A stretch of 64,000 nt of DNA from an uncultured bacterium (GTDB lineage Bacteria; Krumholzibacteriota; Krumholzibacteriia; LZORAL124-64-63). The notes beneath the pieces were generated by a model that was given only the letters and a program-made list of their open reading frames with translations, had not been told where the DNA came from and did not search any database. Shown piece by piece: positions 1 through 9,829 of this stretch. The translations under genes and the position numbers were made by a program. Location of the stretch: contig CAVSZB010000003.1 in the NCBI GenBank assembly GCA_963732385.1, positions 256,001 to 320,000 of the forward strand. Reading direction: 5' to 3'. Position 1 is the stretch's first letter; each line of letters begins with the position of its first letter.

Positions 1-123
1 GAGGCACGCTCCCACCGTCGCGTTGACGCCTGCGGTGATCAGCGCTTCGAGGAGGAATCCCTGCAGGGGACCCCAGCCGTCGCCATCGGCGCTGATGTAC
101 GTGATGCTGGGAATTCCACTCAT
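1..123 (-). CDS. Hypothetical protein, 5' part only (runs off the window start)
   Basis: ATG at 123 preceded by AAGGAG; open frame MSGIPSITYISADGDGWGPLQGFLLEALITAG... to the window edge. Confidence 0.55.
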   Translation of the reverse strand, partial: MSGIPSITYISADGDGWGPLQGFLLEALITAGVNATVGACL

Positions 124-187
124 TGTTCTGGCTCCTTGATGCACGTTGAAAGTGATGGGGAACGCCGCCGGTTCCATTGCATTTCTT

Positions 188-1551
188 CTACTTCGCTCTG
201 CGTGCGGCAACGAATTCCCTCAACTTCTCTGCCCCGCCTTTCACTTTGCAGTAGCCGCAGCCGAACTGGTCGCTGCTTGAGCTGATCATCAAGCTGTGGT
301 TGGTGCCGGGGCAGTGGGCGCGCCAGTGGTGGGGGCCTTCGCCGGACGGTTCGGGGTTGAGGCCTAGCTCGCGGGCGACGACGACGAGTTGTGATTCTTC
401 GGCGCGTGCGGCTTCGGCGTTGGAGGAGAACTCCGCGTCGAGGGTGGCGAGGATGCGTCCGTACTCCTCCTCGCTCAGCAGGCCGGGGGCGGTGAAGCCG
501 GCCGGCCAGGAGGCGAGGGCCCGGGAGGCGGTCAGGATCTCGAAGAGTTCGCAGGCGGCCGAATGATCGTCGGGGTGTGGGGGCGAGATCACGGCGCGGC
601 CTTCGTGGTGGTCGCTGCGGAACCAGAGCTCATCGGCAGCCACGGTGCGGCGCAGGAAGGCGGATTCGGGATACGAGCCCAGCAGGAACGATACCTCGTA
701 CGTGCAAACGGGTACTGCGTCGCCAGGGACAGGGGCTCTGTTGGCGGCGTTCTTGAGCCAGGGGTCGGCGGTGATCTCGGTCACTGGCTCTGCCGGTTTG
801 GGGGCAGGCGGCTGCGGAGCGGGTTCGGGTTCGATTTCCTCGGGGCGGGGTTCGGGGATGTCCTCGTAGATGTCTTCGAGGAGGATGAGTCGGTGGAGGT
901 CGTCGGGGTTGGCGGTGAAGCCGCAGGCGGCGTCGATCAGGGTGTCGTGGCGGACGATGCGGTAGCCGCGCTTGCGGTAGAGGGCCACGATCTCCGGTTC
1001 GTCCTTCATGTTCAGGGTGGTCATGGTACCGTCCCACACGGAGTCTTGGGCTATGCCGTGGAGGGAGAGGATCGAGGGGGGACGGTGTCGGTCATCGTGG
1101 TCTGGGGGTTCTCGGGGCCGAGGTTGTAATCGAACTCCGTGGACTCCCATTCACCGCGGTCGAACGGTTCGTGGCCGAGGGGGGGGCGTTCGCCTGGGCA
1201 TGACAGCTCCTCGTAGCCGGCCCAGGCCTGGGCGCGGGTGAGGTTCGGGTCCTCCTCCTCGCCGAGTTCCTCCGGGTCGAGCAGGCGCTTCTCCCAGTAC
1301 TCCGCGAAGCCCTTATGCTCGGCGTTGTCGATGATCCACTGGGACAGGGTCTCGCGGTGGTGGGAGGGGAGGGCGGCCAGGAATTCGGCCCAGGTCCTGG
1401 ACTCGTTGCGGGCCAGATAGTACGAGGCGTCGTCGACTGCGTAGGCGAACGGGAGGACGAGCAGCAGGTCGCCGTCCCAGGGGGCGGGGCCGTAGACGAC
1501 GCGGGGGGCGGGCTGGCGCTTCGGGCGGCGGGTCTTCTTCTGCGATGACAT
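188..1551 (-). CDS. Hypothetical protein with C-terminal CHC2-like (primase-type) zinc finger; split by a 1-bp indel
   Basis: AGGAGG RBS before ATG 1551. ORFs 1051-1551 and 188-1150 join if one base is added to the G6 run at 1076-1081 (TDTVPP|SILSLHG). C-terminus RAHCPGTNH...FGCGYCKVKGG. Confidence 0.6.
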
Positions 1552-1630
1552 CTGCGGACCTCCTGCGTGCGAGTTCCGCCGGGTCGCTGCGGCCGGCGGG
1601 GGAGTCCCGCCGGCGGGCAGCTGCCCGGCC

Positions 1631-1682
1631 TTTTAGCTCGTTGTTTAACGTGGCGGCAAGCCGACCGGCTCAAATCACCACG
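1631..1682. repeat. 52-bp direct repeat, copy 1 (copy 2 at 4711-4762)
   Basis: ttttagctcgttgtttaacgtggcggcaagccgaccggctcaaatcaccacg; 4 mismatches to copy 2. Confidence 0.9.
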
Positions 1683-1720
1683 GATGGGGGCTGTTGCTGC
1701 TCTCTGTCGGTCCTCCGGCT

Positions 1721-3069
1721 CTACGCCTTGCTTCGGGGGGCGCGGCGCGGGTGGGGGGGTGCGTGGGCGGCGCGCAGGTCGCGGTCGCGCAGCATGGTTT
1801 TCATCGAGGAGACGTGGAGTTCCTTCACGTCGCACATCGACAGGCAGGCGTGGACGGAGTCGTCGTGCTGGGCGAAGTCGTGCACGAGGTCAGTCTTCGT
1901 TGGGGAGGCCGGTGCAGTAGGCGCGGAACTCCTGGGTCCTGTCCTGCATGGTGCGGTAGGCCTGGGCGCGGTCGCCCTGTTCGAGGTGGGACGAGGCGTG
2001 GAGGACCAGGTGGGTGAGCCAGAGGTGGGCGATCGCTTCGGAGGCGTCGTTGTCGCGGAGGTCGTGCGAGGCGGCGCGCTGGGCGTCGGCGGTGAAGTCC
2101 AGTCCGAGGGTTGGGGTGGACAGGCGATCGGCTTTGCCGGGTGGGGTCCAGGTCGCGGTGACGGTGACCGGGAGGCGGCAGCCGGGGGCGGTGGCGGGGA
2201 GGTCGAGGCGCACGGCCAGGGTGCGCTGCTGGGCGGAGGTCAGGGTGCCGCACAGGAGGGTGGTGCGGGTGGTGCCGTCGGCGGGGGTGCGGTCGATCTC
2301 GAGCGGCCAGGGGCCGAGGGGGATGACGGTCGTGCCGGCGGGCGCGGTGATCGTGACGCGGACATCATCTGCGGCGGTGAGGAGGATCTGGCCGAGCTCG
2401 CCCACCACGACCTCGATGATCTCTTCGGGGCGGGCGGCGTGGTGCATGCGGCCGCCGCCGCGGCTGGCGAGGGCGCGCAGCTGCTCGGCGCTGTAGCCTT
2501 CGCCGATGCCGACGGTCGAGGTGTAGACGCCGCGCTCGCGCCACATGTCGGCCATCTCTTCGAGGGCGGCGGGGTCGGTGATGCCCCGGTTGGCGTGGCC
2601 GTCGGACAGCAGGATGACGCGGCTGCTCGCGCCCTCCAGGGTGGTGGCCAGTTCGGCGGCCAGTTCGCAGCCGCGCTGCCAGCCGCCGCACAGGTCGGTG
2701 CAGCCGCGGGTGCTCAGGGCGCGGACGGCGGCGATGGCGGCGCGGCGGCCGGCGGTGTCGGCGGTGCGGCCGGCGGCGTGGGTGATGATGTCGTCGGCGA
2801 ACGAGACCACCGTGATGCGGTCGCGCGCGGACAGCGCTTCGATGATGCCGATCGCGGCGCGTTTCGCCGCCTCGAGCGGATCGCCCTGCCATGCTGCCGG
2901 AGGCGTCGATCACGAGCGACACGTTCAGCGGCTGACGCGTGGCGTCGTCGGGGCGCTCCACGGCGGGCGCCTCGAGGTCGATCAGGAGGTGGCGCGCGCC
3001 GCCGGCGGGGTGCACGAAACTGTGGTCGGCGAGGGCGCGGCACTTCAGGGCGTTCATTCTGGCGATCAT
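1721..3069 (-). CDS. von Willebrand factor A (vWA) domain protein, two apparent frameshifts
   Basis: PLNVSLVIDASGSM (MIDAS), ILLSDGHANRG, STVGIGEGY. GGAGG RBS before ATG 3069. Removing one base at 2884-2886 gives MAGDPLEAAKRAA; removing one at 1902-1905 extends the frame to TAG at 1721. Confidence 0.8.
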
Positions 3070-3174
3070 CTCTGGTCCTCCCTCGGAACGGGAATGCGGG
3101 CGATCTCGTGACACGGTCCCGGGTCGATCCGGGAGCGCGGCCGGGCCTGGCCGCGCGGACGGCGCCGGCGGTGA

Positions 3175-3831
3175 TCAGTCGCCGGCGCCTGGATACGGAC
3201 CCAGCAGGGCCCGCAGCGCGGCCGCGTGGCGGCCCAGGCTCGCGCTCTCGTCGAGGTCGGCCGGCTCGCGGACCTGGATCTCCAGGTCGGCGAGGGCCAG
3301 CCGGCGCCAGGCTTTCGTTTCGCTCCGCTCGCGGATGGCCAGGCTCGCGGTCAGCTCCTCCAGCGTGTCGAGCAGGCGGCGCAGGAGGGGGCCGAGGTCG
3401 CCGAGGTCGGGCGGGGGCGGCGCGTACGGCGCGCGGTCCTCCCAGACGGTGTTGCCGACCGAGGCCATGCCGCACATCAACGGCTTCGCGTTGTCGAGCC
3501 GCTGCGGCAGCAGCTCGTCGGTGTCGATGATCTGCAGCTGCGCCATGTCCGAGGTGAGGCGCATGGCGCCTTCGTTGCCGAGGGCGTCCATCGTCTGGCG
3601 CATCTCGTCGAGCGTGAGGGCGCGGTTGGCCGGCTTCACGCGGATCTCCTTCAGGTGCCGGATCAGCAGCAGGCGGTCGAGGGTGGCCTGGCCGTAGACC
3701 GCGGCGGCGCCGCGGCTTTCGGCGCCGGGCGCCAGCTTCTGGGCGAGGTAGAAGCGGATCTGGCGCTCCGGGAAACCGGTCTGCTCGACCAGCTCCGACA
3801 TCCTGTATTTCCCGTCCCCGGACAGCAGCAT
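3175..3831 (-). CDS. MerR-family HTH transcriptional regulator
   Basis: YRMSELVEQTGFPERQIRFY...YGQATLDRLLLIRHLK...LTLDEMR; GGAGG RBS. Confidence 0.8.
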   Translation of the reverse strand: MLLSGDGKYRMSELVEQTGFPERQIRFYLAQKLAPGAESRGAAAVYGQATLDRLLLIRHLKEIRVKPANRALTLDEMRQTMDALGNEGAMRLTSDMAQLQIIDTDELLPQRLDNAKPLMCGMASVGNTVWEDRAPYAPPPPDLGDLGPLLRRLLDTLEELTASLAIRERSETKAWRRLALADLEIQVREPADLDESASLGRHAAALRALLGPYPGAGD

Positions 3832-3872
3832 GGGTCCTCCCGAATTCCGGCCCGTGAGCGATGACGACAGTT

Positions 3873-3901
3873 AATCTACACTCGACGGTGTCTAGTGTCA
3901 A
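3873..3901 (-). promoter_or_regulatory. Sigma70-type promoter for the MerR-vWA genes
   Basis: Minus strand TTGACA-17 bp-TAGATT, about 40 bp upstream of the MerR ATG. Confidence 0.7.
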
Positions 3902-3942
3902 TATAAATGTTCGGCTGGGATCGCATTATGGCTTAAGAGACT

Positions 3943-4602
3943 TCATGACAAGCCATTGCGCAGCCAGATGGCCGCCTCGGCCAGCATTTGCTGCACGAGC
4001 GTCCAGCCCGCGCGGCGCCGGTCGGCCCGGAAGCCCCGCGCCTCGTCCAGGTAGAGGCTCTTCTCCACCTCGATCATGACCGACTGCAGCCGGGGGTCGT
4101 GCGCGGCCCAGAAACTCGACGGGACGTAGCTGCCGGCGAAAGGGGCGTTGGGGAGCCAGGCGATGTCGCGCAGGGGGCCGGCGCGCCAGGCTGCGATGAG
4201 GGCGTAGGGGTCGTAGTGCTTCGCCATCAGCGCTGCGCGGGCGGCGGGGGGGAAGTCGGGGGCGCGCAGGTCGTCGCCATCGACCGTGCGCAGGCGGACG
4301 GCGCCCATGCCGCTGGCGGCCATCGACTCGTCGGCGTCGTTGCGGAAGCGCTCGGGGTCGATCACCAGGCGGCTCAGGCGGTTCACGAACAGGGTGGCGC
4401 CGAGGGCGCGGGCGGGGTCGAACAGGCGGTCGGTGAGGTGGTCGGTGATCGTGGCGAGCTCGCGGTCGACCTGTGCGGGCGTCGCCGTGAACGCGCGGCG
4501 GACGGCGGCCGGGATGGCGCGCGACGCGTGCGGGATGTGCACGATCAGCGGCAGCGCGGAGCCGCCGGTGGGGGGCAGGATCTCGAAGCCTCGGGTGTTC
4601 AC
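3943..4602 (-). pseudogene. N-formylglutamate amidohydrolase family gene with an apparent in-frame internal deletion
   Basis: HIPHAS, TDHLTD, SRLVIDPERF, GMGAV, NAPFAGSYVP and SVMIEV are present. The DxHS segment expected after YDPY is absent. GTG start after AGGAGG. Confidence 0.7.
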
Positions 4603-4710
4603 GACGCGGACCTCCTGGATGGGGGCTGCGCCGGGGGGCGGTCTGCGGATGAAAAGACCCGAACGCGGCACAGCGTTCGGGCTCGCGTCGGCGAACCGCT
4701 GTCCCGGCCG

Positions 4711-4762
4711 TTTTAGCTCGTTGTTTAGCGTGGCGGCAAGCTGGCCGGCTCAAATCGCCACG
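4711..4762. repeat. 52-bp direct repeat, copy 2
   Basis: ttttagctcgttgtttagcgtggcggcaagctggccggctcaaatcgccacg. Confidence 0.9.
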
Positions 4763-4872
4763 AGGCATTCAGGTTAGTGGGGGTGGGGGGGGAACGTCAA
4801 GGCGGTGGGCCGGCAAACTGGCGCGCGGGATGGCCCGACTTGCGCCGGGGCAAGTCCGTGGCGCGGGGCGCG

Positions 4873-4915
4873 GCGTCGCCAATTCTCTCACAGCTTGTGA
4901 GAGAATTGGCGACGC
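4873..4915. repeat. Perfect inverted repeat (20-bp arms, 3-nt loop) related to the palindrome inside yhcG
   Basis: gcgtcgccaattctctcaca-gct-tgtgagagaattggcgacgc. Confidence 0.95.
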
Positions 4916-5105
4916 GCCTAGGTGACGCCAAACCAGCCCATGCCTCCAACCAGTGTCGGCCAGACGCGAAGGTGACGCGCGCTGGAGTCGCACTTCCGGC
5001 GGTGACCGGGTGGTGCGGCAGCTGCAGCGCCCTCGTGGGTGCCAGATGGCGGTCGTCACCGCATTTCAGGGGATCTGGCATGAATGACGCTTTTGGCGTT
5101 CCGGC

Positions 5106-6227
5106 ATGGAGGGCGGGAATCGCATTCAGAGAAGCGCGCCGGGGCTGCGCGAGGTCGGAGCAGACGCCGGCCTTCCGGAGGATTATCGGGCGGTGCTCGA
5201 GGATATCCGCGCGCGCATCCGGACCGCAAAGGTCGGGGCGGCGCTGTCGGTCAATCGGGAGCTGGTCCGGCTGTACTGGGAGATCGGGGAGCTCATTGTC
5301 CGGCGACAGGATGACGCCGGGTGGGGGCGGGCGGTCATCGAGCGGCTGGCGGCGGACATCCAGCAGGCGTTTCCTGGGCTGAAGGGGTTTTCGCGCCAGA
5401 ACATCTGGCGGATGCGAGCCTTCCATGTTGCGTGGAGTGGACCGCGCCCAATTCTCGCACAGCCTGTGCGAGAATTGGCGAAAGGGGAGCTGCCCCCGCT
5501 GCTGCTTGAAATTCCATGGGGACACAACATACTGCTAATGCAGCAGTTAAAGGACAGAACGGAGCGACTTTGGTACGCCCACCAGACCATTGTCAACGGC
5601 TGGTCCCGCTCCATGCTCCAGCACTGGATCAGGTCCGGACTGTATGCCCGCCAGGGTTCGGCGGTCACGAACTTCGAAACCACGCTGCCGCCTCCGCAGT
5701 CGGACCTCGCCCGACAGATCGTGCGTGATCCCTACAGCTTTGACTTCCTCACCTTGCGCTCCGACGCCGCGGAGCGCGAGCTGGAGCGGGGCCTGCTGGC
5801 CAACATGCGCCGGTTCCTGCTCGAATTGGGCACGGGTTTCGCGTTCGTCGGGCAGCAGGTTCCGCTCGAAGTCGACGGCGAGACGTTCTACCTCGATCTC
5901 CTGTTCTATCACCTGACGCTGCGCTGCTTCGTCGTGATCGAGCTCAAGACAGCGCGGTTCCGGCCCGAGTTCGCCGGCAAGATGAACTTCTACCTGTCGG
6001 CGGTGGATGATCGGCTGCGGCATCCGGAGGATCGGCCCAGCCTCGGTCTCATCCTCTGCCGCTCGCGCAGCCGGGTGATCGCGGAATACGCGCTCCGGGA
6101 CCTGAACAAGCCGATCGGGGTGAGTCGCTGGGCCACGCGACTCGTTCCGGAACTGCCCGCCGAGTTGCGCGGCGTCCTGCCGAGTCCGGAACAGATCACG
6201 GATGGACTGGGGCCGCGTGGCGTGTAA
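5106..6227 (+). CDS. yhcG: YhcG/DUF1016 family PD-(D/E)XK nuclease-like protein
   Basis: VNRELVRLYWEIG, KGFSRQNIWRMRAF, IPWGHN, RDPYSFDFL, FLLELGTGFAFVGQQ, DLLFYH...VVIELK, GKMNFYL; exact start uncertain. Confidence 0.92.
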   Translation: MEGGNRIQRSAPGLREVGADAGLPEDYRAVLEDIRARIRTAKVGAALSVNRELVRLYWEIGELIVRRQDDAGWGRAVIERLAADIQQAFPGLKGFSRQNIWRMRAFHVAWSGPRPILAQPVRELAKGELPPLLLEIPWGHNILLMQQLKDRTERLWYAHQTIVNGWSRSMLQHWIRSGLYARQGSAVTNFETTLPPPQSDLARQIVRDPYSFDFLTLRSDAAERELERGLLANMRRFLLELGTGFAFVGQQVPLEVDGETFYLDLLFYHLTLRCFVVIELKTARFRPEFAGKMNFYLSAVDDRLRHPEDRPSLGLILCRSRSRVIAEYALRDLNKPIGVSRWATRLVPELPAELRGVLPSPEQITDGLGPRGV

Positions 6228-6642
6228 GGGCTGGACCGGTCAGGTGAAACGCAACAAGGGACGCTTTCCTGCAGACTTCATGTTCGAGCTGACGGGAGAC
6301 GAGACGGCAGAGGTGGTCGCAAATTGCGACCACCTCTCCAAGTTGAGGTATTCCAAGGCGTTGCCGTGTGCGTTCACGGGACACGGCGCCATCATGGCCG
6401 CGAGCGTGCTCAAATCGCAGCAGGCGGTCGAAATGAGCGTGTTCGTGGTGAGGGCATTCGTGAAACTCCGTCAAGCGGTGCTCCAGCACGCGGAGTTGTG
6501 CCGGCGACTGGACGATTTGGAGCGCCAGTTCGGCTCGCACGACCGGCAGATCGTGGCTCTGGTGGAGGCGATCCGGCGCCTGATGAGTCCGGCGGCCGTA
6601 CCCAGGCGTCGACGGATCGGTTTCGGGGTTGGCGAGCCTTAA
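6202..6642 (+). pseudogene. ORF6N-domain DNA-binding protein, 5'-truncated
   Basis: QVKRNKGRFPADFMFELT...PCAFTGHGAIMAASVLKS...VVRAFVKLR...RRRIGF. The family N-terminus (IRGxxVMLDxDLAxLY) is missing. Confidence 0.8.
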
Positions 6643-6818
6643 TAAGCGCCCCAACGACCCGCCAGGCCCACCCACGCCGAGCCCGACCGCAGCGTGACAG
6701 TTGGCGTTGGCCACGCCGCCGCCAAACGTGGACCTGAGTTTGTCGGCCGAGCCCGGCGCCATGATGATGTGGCCGCCCTGATGCGGTGGCCATGGCGATT
6801 GTTTTCGATTATTCAAAC

Positions 6819-6977
6819 AATCGCTAATAACGTCCTGGTCTATTATCGCGGTCGCAAGCAATGGTGGCCATGGCGCTTGGGGGGTGTGCCGACGGCCGGT
6901 GCAGCATGAGTGGGATTGTTGTTTGCGTTTTTGTGTATAATCGCTAATAATGTTCGGGGCTGTTATCGCGGTCGCAA
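6819..6977 (+). promoter_or_regulatory. Two 39-bp AT-rich direct repeats (period 120 bp) upstream of fic; candidate operators
   Basis: 6819-6857 and 6939-6977: aatcgctaataa-N10-tRttatcgcggtcgcaa, 5 mismatches. Confidence 0.7.
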
Positions 6978-6989
6978 ACGAGGGAAGCT

Positions 6990-8141
6990 ATGGCTTTGGC
7001 GCCAAAACAGAAACGCCGGCCGAATGGTCGCCTGGTTCACGGGCCCGGGGGCTATCGGGCCTATGTGCCGGGGGCGCTGCCGCCGCCCATTGCCTGGGAC
7101 GAGCGGCTGGCCGGCGCGCTATCGGCTGCGGACCGGGCGGTAGGGCGGCTGGCCGGGGAGGGACGTCGGCTGCCGAACCCGCATCTGCTGATCCGACCGT
7201 TTCTGCGGCGGGAGGCGGTGCTTTCCAGCCGCATCGAGGGGACGCAGGCGACGATCGGGGAGTTGCTCGCCTCCGAAGCGGGGGCGGTGGTCGAGCGGAG
7301 TCCGGCCGATTTGCGTGAGGTCGCCAACTACGTGGTCGCGCTCGAGTATGGGGTCGAGCGGTTGCGCACCTTGCCGCTGTCGTTGCGGCTCGTGCGCGAA
7401 CTGCACGGGAAGCTCCTGCTCGGCGTGCGCGGGGAAGTGGCCACGCCGGGGGAGTTCCGGCGGAGCCAGAACTGGATCGGGCCGGCCGGATGCACTCTGG
7501 CCGACGCCACCTATGTGCCGCCTCCAGTCGATGAACTGATGGGGTGTCTCGGCGCGTGGGAGACGTTCCTTCACGACAATTCGCTGCCGCCACTTGTCCA
7601 TGCGGCGCTCGTGCATTCGCAGTTCGAGGCGATCCATCCGTTTCTTGACGGCAACGGACGGGTCGGGCGGCTGCTCGTCACGCTGCTGCTGGTCGCGAAG
7701 GAGATCCTGCCGTCGCCCCTGCTCTACTTGAGCGCCTGGTTCGAGGCTACGCGCCAGGAGTACTACGCGCGCCTGCTGGCGGTAACCGAGAAGGGCGAAT
7801 GGGAAGAGTGGCTCGAGTACTTCCTGGTCGGGGTGGCGCAGCAGGCGGAGGACGCGCTCGACCGGGTGCGGCGGATCGATGACCTGCTCCTGCTCTGGCG
7901 GGAGCGGCTCGCGAAGGCTCCGTCCCGGGTACCGGAGAAGGCGCTCGAACTGTTCGCCGAGAATCCGTTCCGGAGCGTCAACAATGTGGCGGCACGTCTC
8001 GGTGTGGCGTTCACGACGGCCCAGCGCGCGATCGACCGGCTGGAGGCGGCCGGCATGGTCGCGCTGGCCGGCGAGGCGAAGCGCAATCGGGTCTACTGCG
8101 CGCGCGCCATCCTGGAGATCCTGGAGGAGTCGCCGAGATAG
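6990..8141 (+). CDS. Fic family protein (Fic_N + Fic + C-terminal HTH)
   Basis: REAVLSSRIEGT, GEFRRSQNWIG, canonical HPFLDGNGRVGR. Confidence 0.93.
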   Translation: MALAPKQKRRPNGRLVHGPGGYRAYVPGALPPPIAWDERLAGALSAADRAVGRLAGEGRRLPNPHLLIRPFLRREAVLSSRIEGTQATIGELLASEAGAVVERSPADLREVANYVVALEYGVERLRTLPLSLRLVRELHGKLLLGVRGEVATPGEFRRSQNWIGPAGCTLADATYVPPPVDELMGCLGAWETFLHDNSLPPLVHAALVHSQFEAIHPFLDGNGRVGRLLVTLLLVAKEILPSPLLYLSAWFEATRQEYYARLLAVTEKGEWEEWLEYFLVGVAQQAEDALDRVRRIDDLLLLWRERLAKAPSRVPEKALELFAENPFRSVNNVAARLGVAFTTAQRAIDRLEAAGMVALAGEAKRNRVYCARAILEILEESPR

Positions 8142-8180
8142 CCACCGGCGGTGGCAGCCGGGAACCGGCTGGCGGCAGGT

Positions 8181-8222
8181 AAACAAAACCGGCCGCCGGA
8201 TCCCGGGACCCGGCGGCCGGTT
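8181..8222 (-). terminator. Rho-independent terminator of the HMGCS-thiolase-DUF35 operon
   Basis: 13-bp stem aaccggccgccgg/ccggcggccggtt ending in a TTTTGTTT tract on the minus strand; lies between convergent genes. Confidence 0.7.
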
Positions 8223-8239
8223 CAGGCGCGGAGCGCGTT

Positions 8240-8643
8240 TTACACGGTCACCAGCGGAACGAACTTGTAGCCGTAGCAGAGGATGCCCGACTCGCCGTCC
8301 TGCTGGAGGCGGCGGAACTCCCGGCGGACGCGATCGCCGATGGCCAGGGATTCGGGGTCGCAGTCGACGACCTGGGCGGTGATCTTCACGCCGTCGTCCA
8401 GCCTGATGATCGCCACGGCATATGGGGCCTCGTCGCCGAAGCCGCTGGGGGCCACGCGGATGATGGTGAAGGTCTCGATGACTCCGTCCTGGGCCAGGAT
8501 GACCCTGGTGAACTCCTGTCCCCGGCACGCGCTGCAGACCAGGCGGGGGGGAAGAAGATCTTGCCGCATTTCACGCACTTCGCCGCCTCGTAGCGGTAGC
8601 GCTGGGGAACCTCTCGCCAGTAGCGTGCGGATCCGATGGTCAT
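8240..8643 (-). CDS. DUF35 Zn-ribbon/OB-fold protein (thiolase partner), 1-bp frameshift
   Basis: ARYWRE...KCVKCG...FPP|RLVCSAC...YGYKF; adding one base to the G7 run at 8545-8551 restores the frame. Confidence 0.88.
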
Positions 8644-8652
8644 GATCTCCTC

Positions 8653-9810
8653 CTACGCACGATCAAAGATGTGAATGACCGTGCTGGCCCCGGTCCCGCC
8701 CATGTTCTGGGTCAGCCCCAGGCGCGCGTTCTTGACCTGGCGGTCGCCCGCCGTGCCGCGGAGCTGAACGACGGCCTCGCGAACCTGCGCGATCCCGGTG
8801 GCGCCGACCGGATGGCCCTTCGATTTGAGCCCGCCCGAGGCGTTCACCGGAATCTTGCCGCCGAGCGCGGTCAGGCCCGACTCCGCCGCCAGGCCGCCCT
8901 TGCCGCGGTCGCACAACCCCAGCGCCTCGATGACCATGATCTCGGCGATCGTGAAGCAGTCATGCACTTCGCAGAAAGAGAGGTCCTGCGGGCCGATGCC
9001 GGCCTGCTTGTAGGCCGCCGCGGCCGCGGTGGCGGTGGAGGCGATCCAGGCCAGGTCCTCCCGGTCGTGCAGGGCGATCGTGTCGGTCGCGTGGGCGGAG
9101 GCGGCCACCCGGATGAGCGGACCCTTGGTGATCTTCCGGGCCAGCTCGACCGGCGCCAGGACCACCGCGGCCGCGCCGTCGGTGATCGGAGAGCAATCCA
9201 GAATGCGCAGCGGATCGGCCACCAGGACCGACTCCATCACCTGCTCAGCCGTCACCTTCATCGGGAACTGCGCCAGCGGGTTCATCGAGCCATGGAGGTG
9301 GTTTTTGACCGCGACCTCCGCCAGCTGCCGGCGGGTGGTCCCGTAGCGGTGCATGTGCACGCGCGCCATCATCGCGTAGAGACCGGGGAAGGTGATCCCC
9401 TGATAGCATTCGTATTCCTGGTCGGCCGCGGTGGAGAGGGCGTAGGTGGCCGCGCCGCCGTCCACGTCGGTCATCTTCTCCAGGCCGGAGGCGAGGACGA
9501 GATCGTGGGCTCCCGAGGCCACCGCCAGATAGGCCTGGCGGAACGCCAGCCCGCCCGAGGCGCAGGCCGACTCCACCCGGGTCCCCGGAATCGGTCCCAT
9601 GCCGAGCTGTTCGGCCAGGAGCGCGCCCAGGTGTTCCTGACCCATGAAGAGACCGCCGCTCATGCAGCCGACGTACATGGCGTCGATCCGGTCCACGCCT
9701 GCGTCCTTGATCGCCTCGAGTGCGGCCTCGGTCCAGATCTTCCGGTGGGACTTCTCCCACAGTTCTCCCCACCGGTTCATCCCGATGCCAATGACAGCTA
9801 CCTCACGCAT
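8653..9810 (-). CDS. Archaeal-type acetoacetyl-CoA thiolase (SCP2-thiolase-like)
   Basis: [39 protein letters not shown]. Confidence 0.92.
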   Translation of the reverse strand: MREVAVIGIGMNRWGELWEKSHRKIWTEAALEAIKDAGVDRIDAMYVGCMSGGLFMGQEHLGALLAEQLGMGPIPGTRVESACASGGLAFRQAYLAVASGAHDLVLASGLEKMTDVDGGAATYALSTAADQEYECYQGITFPGLYAMMARVHMHRYGTTRRQLAEVAVKNHLHGSMNPLAQFPMKVTAEQVMESVLVADPLRILDCSPITDGAAAVVLAPVELARKITKGPLIRVAASAHATDTIALHDREDLAWIASTATAAAAAYKQAGIGPQDLSFCEVHDCFTIAEIMVIEALGLCDRGKGGLAAESGLTALGGKIPVNASGGLKSKGHPVGATGIAQVREAVVQLRGTAGDRQVKNARLGLTQNMGGTGASTVIHIFDRA

Positions 9811-9829
9811 GGTCGTATTTCCTCCGCAC

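Noticed and set aside
1890..1892. TGA ending the vWA ORF as selenocysteine
   Set aside because: The plausible continuation is in a different frame, so an indel explains it better
1631..4762. 52-bp repeats as integron attC sites
   Set aside because: A GTTAAAC core is present in only one copy, there are no matching R''/R' ends with extended dyad symmetry, and no integrase is visible
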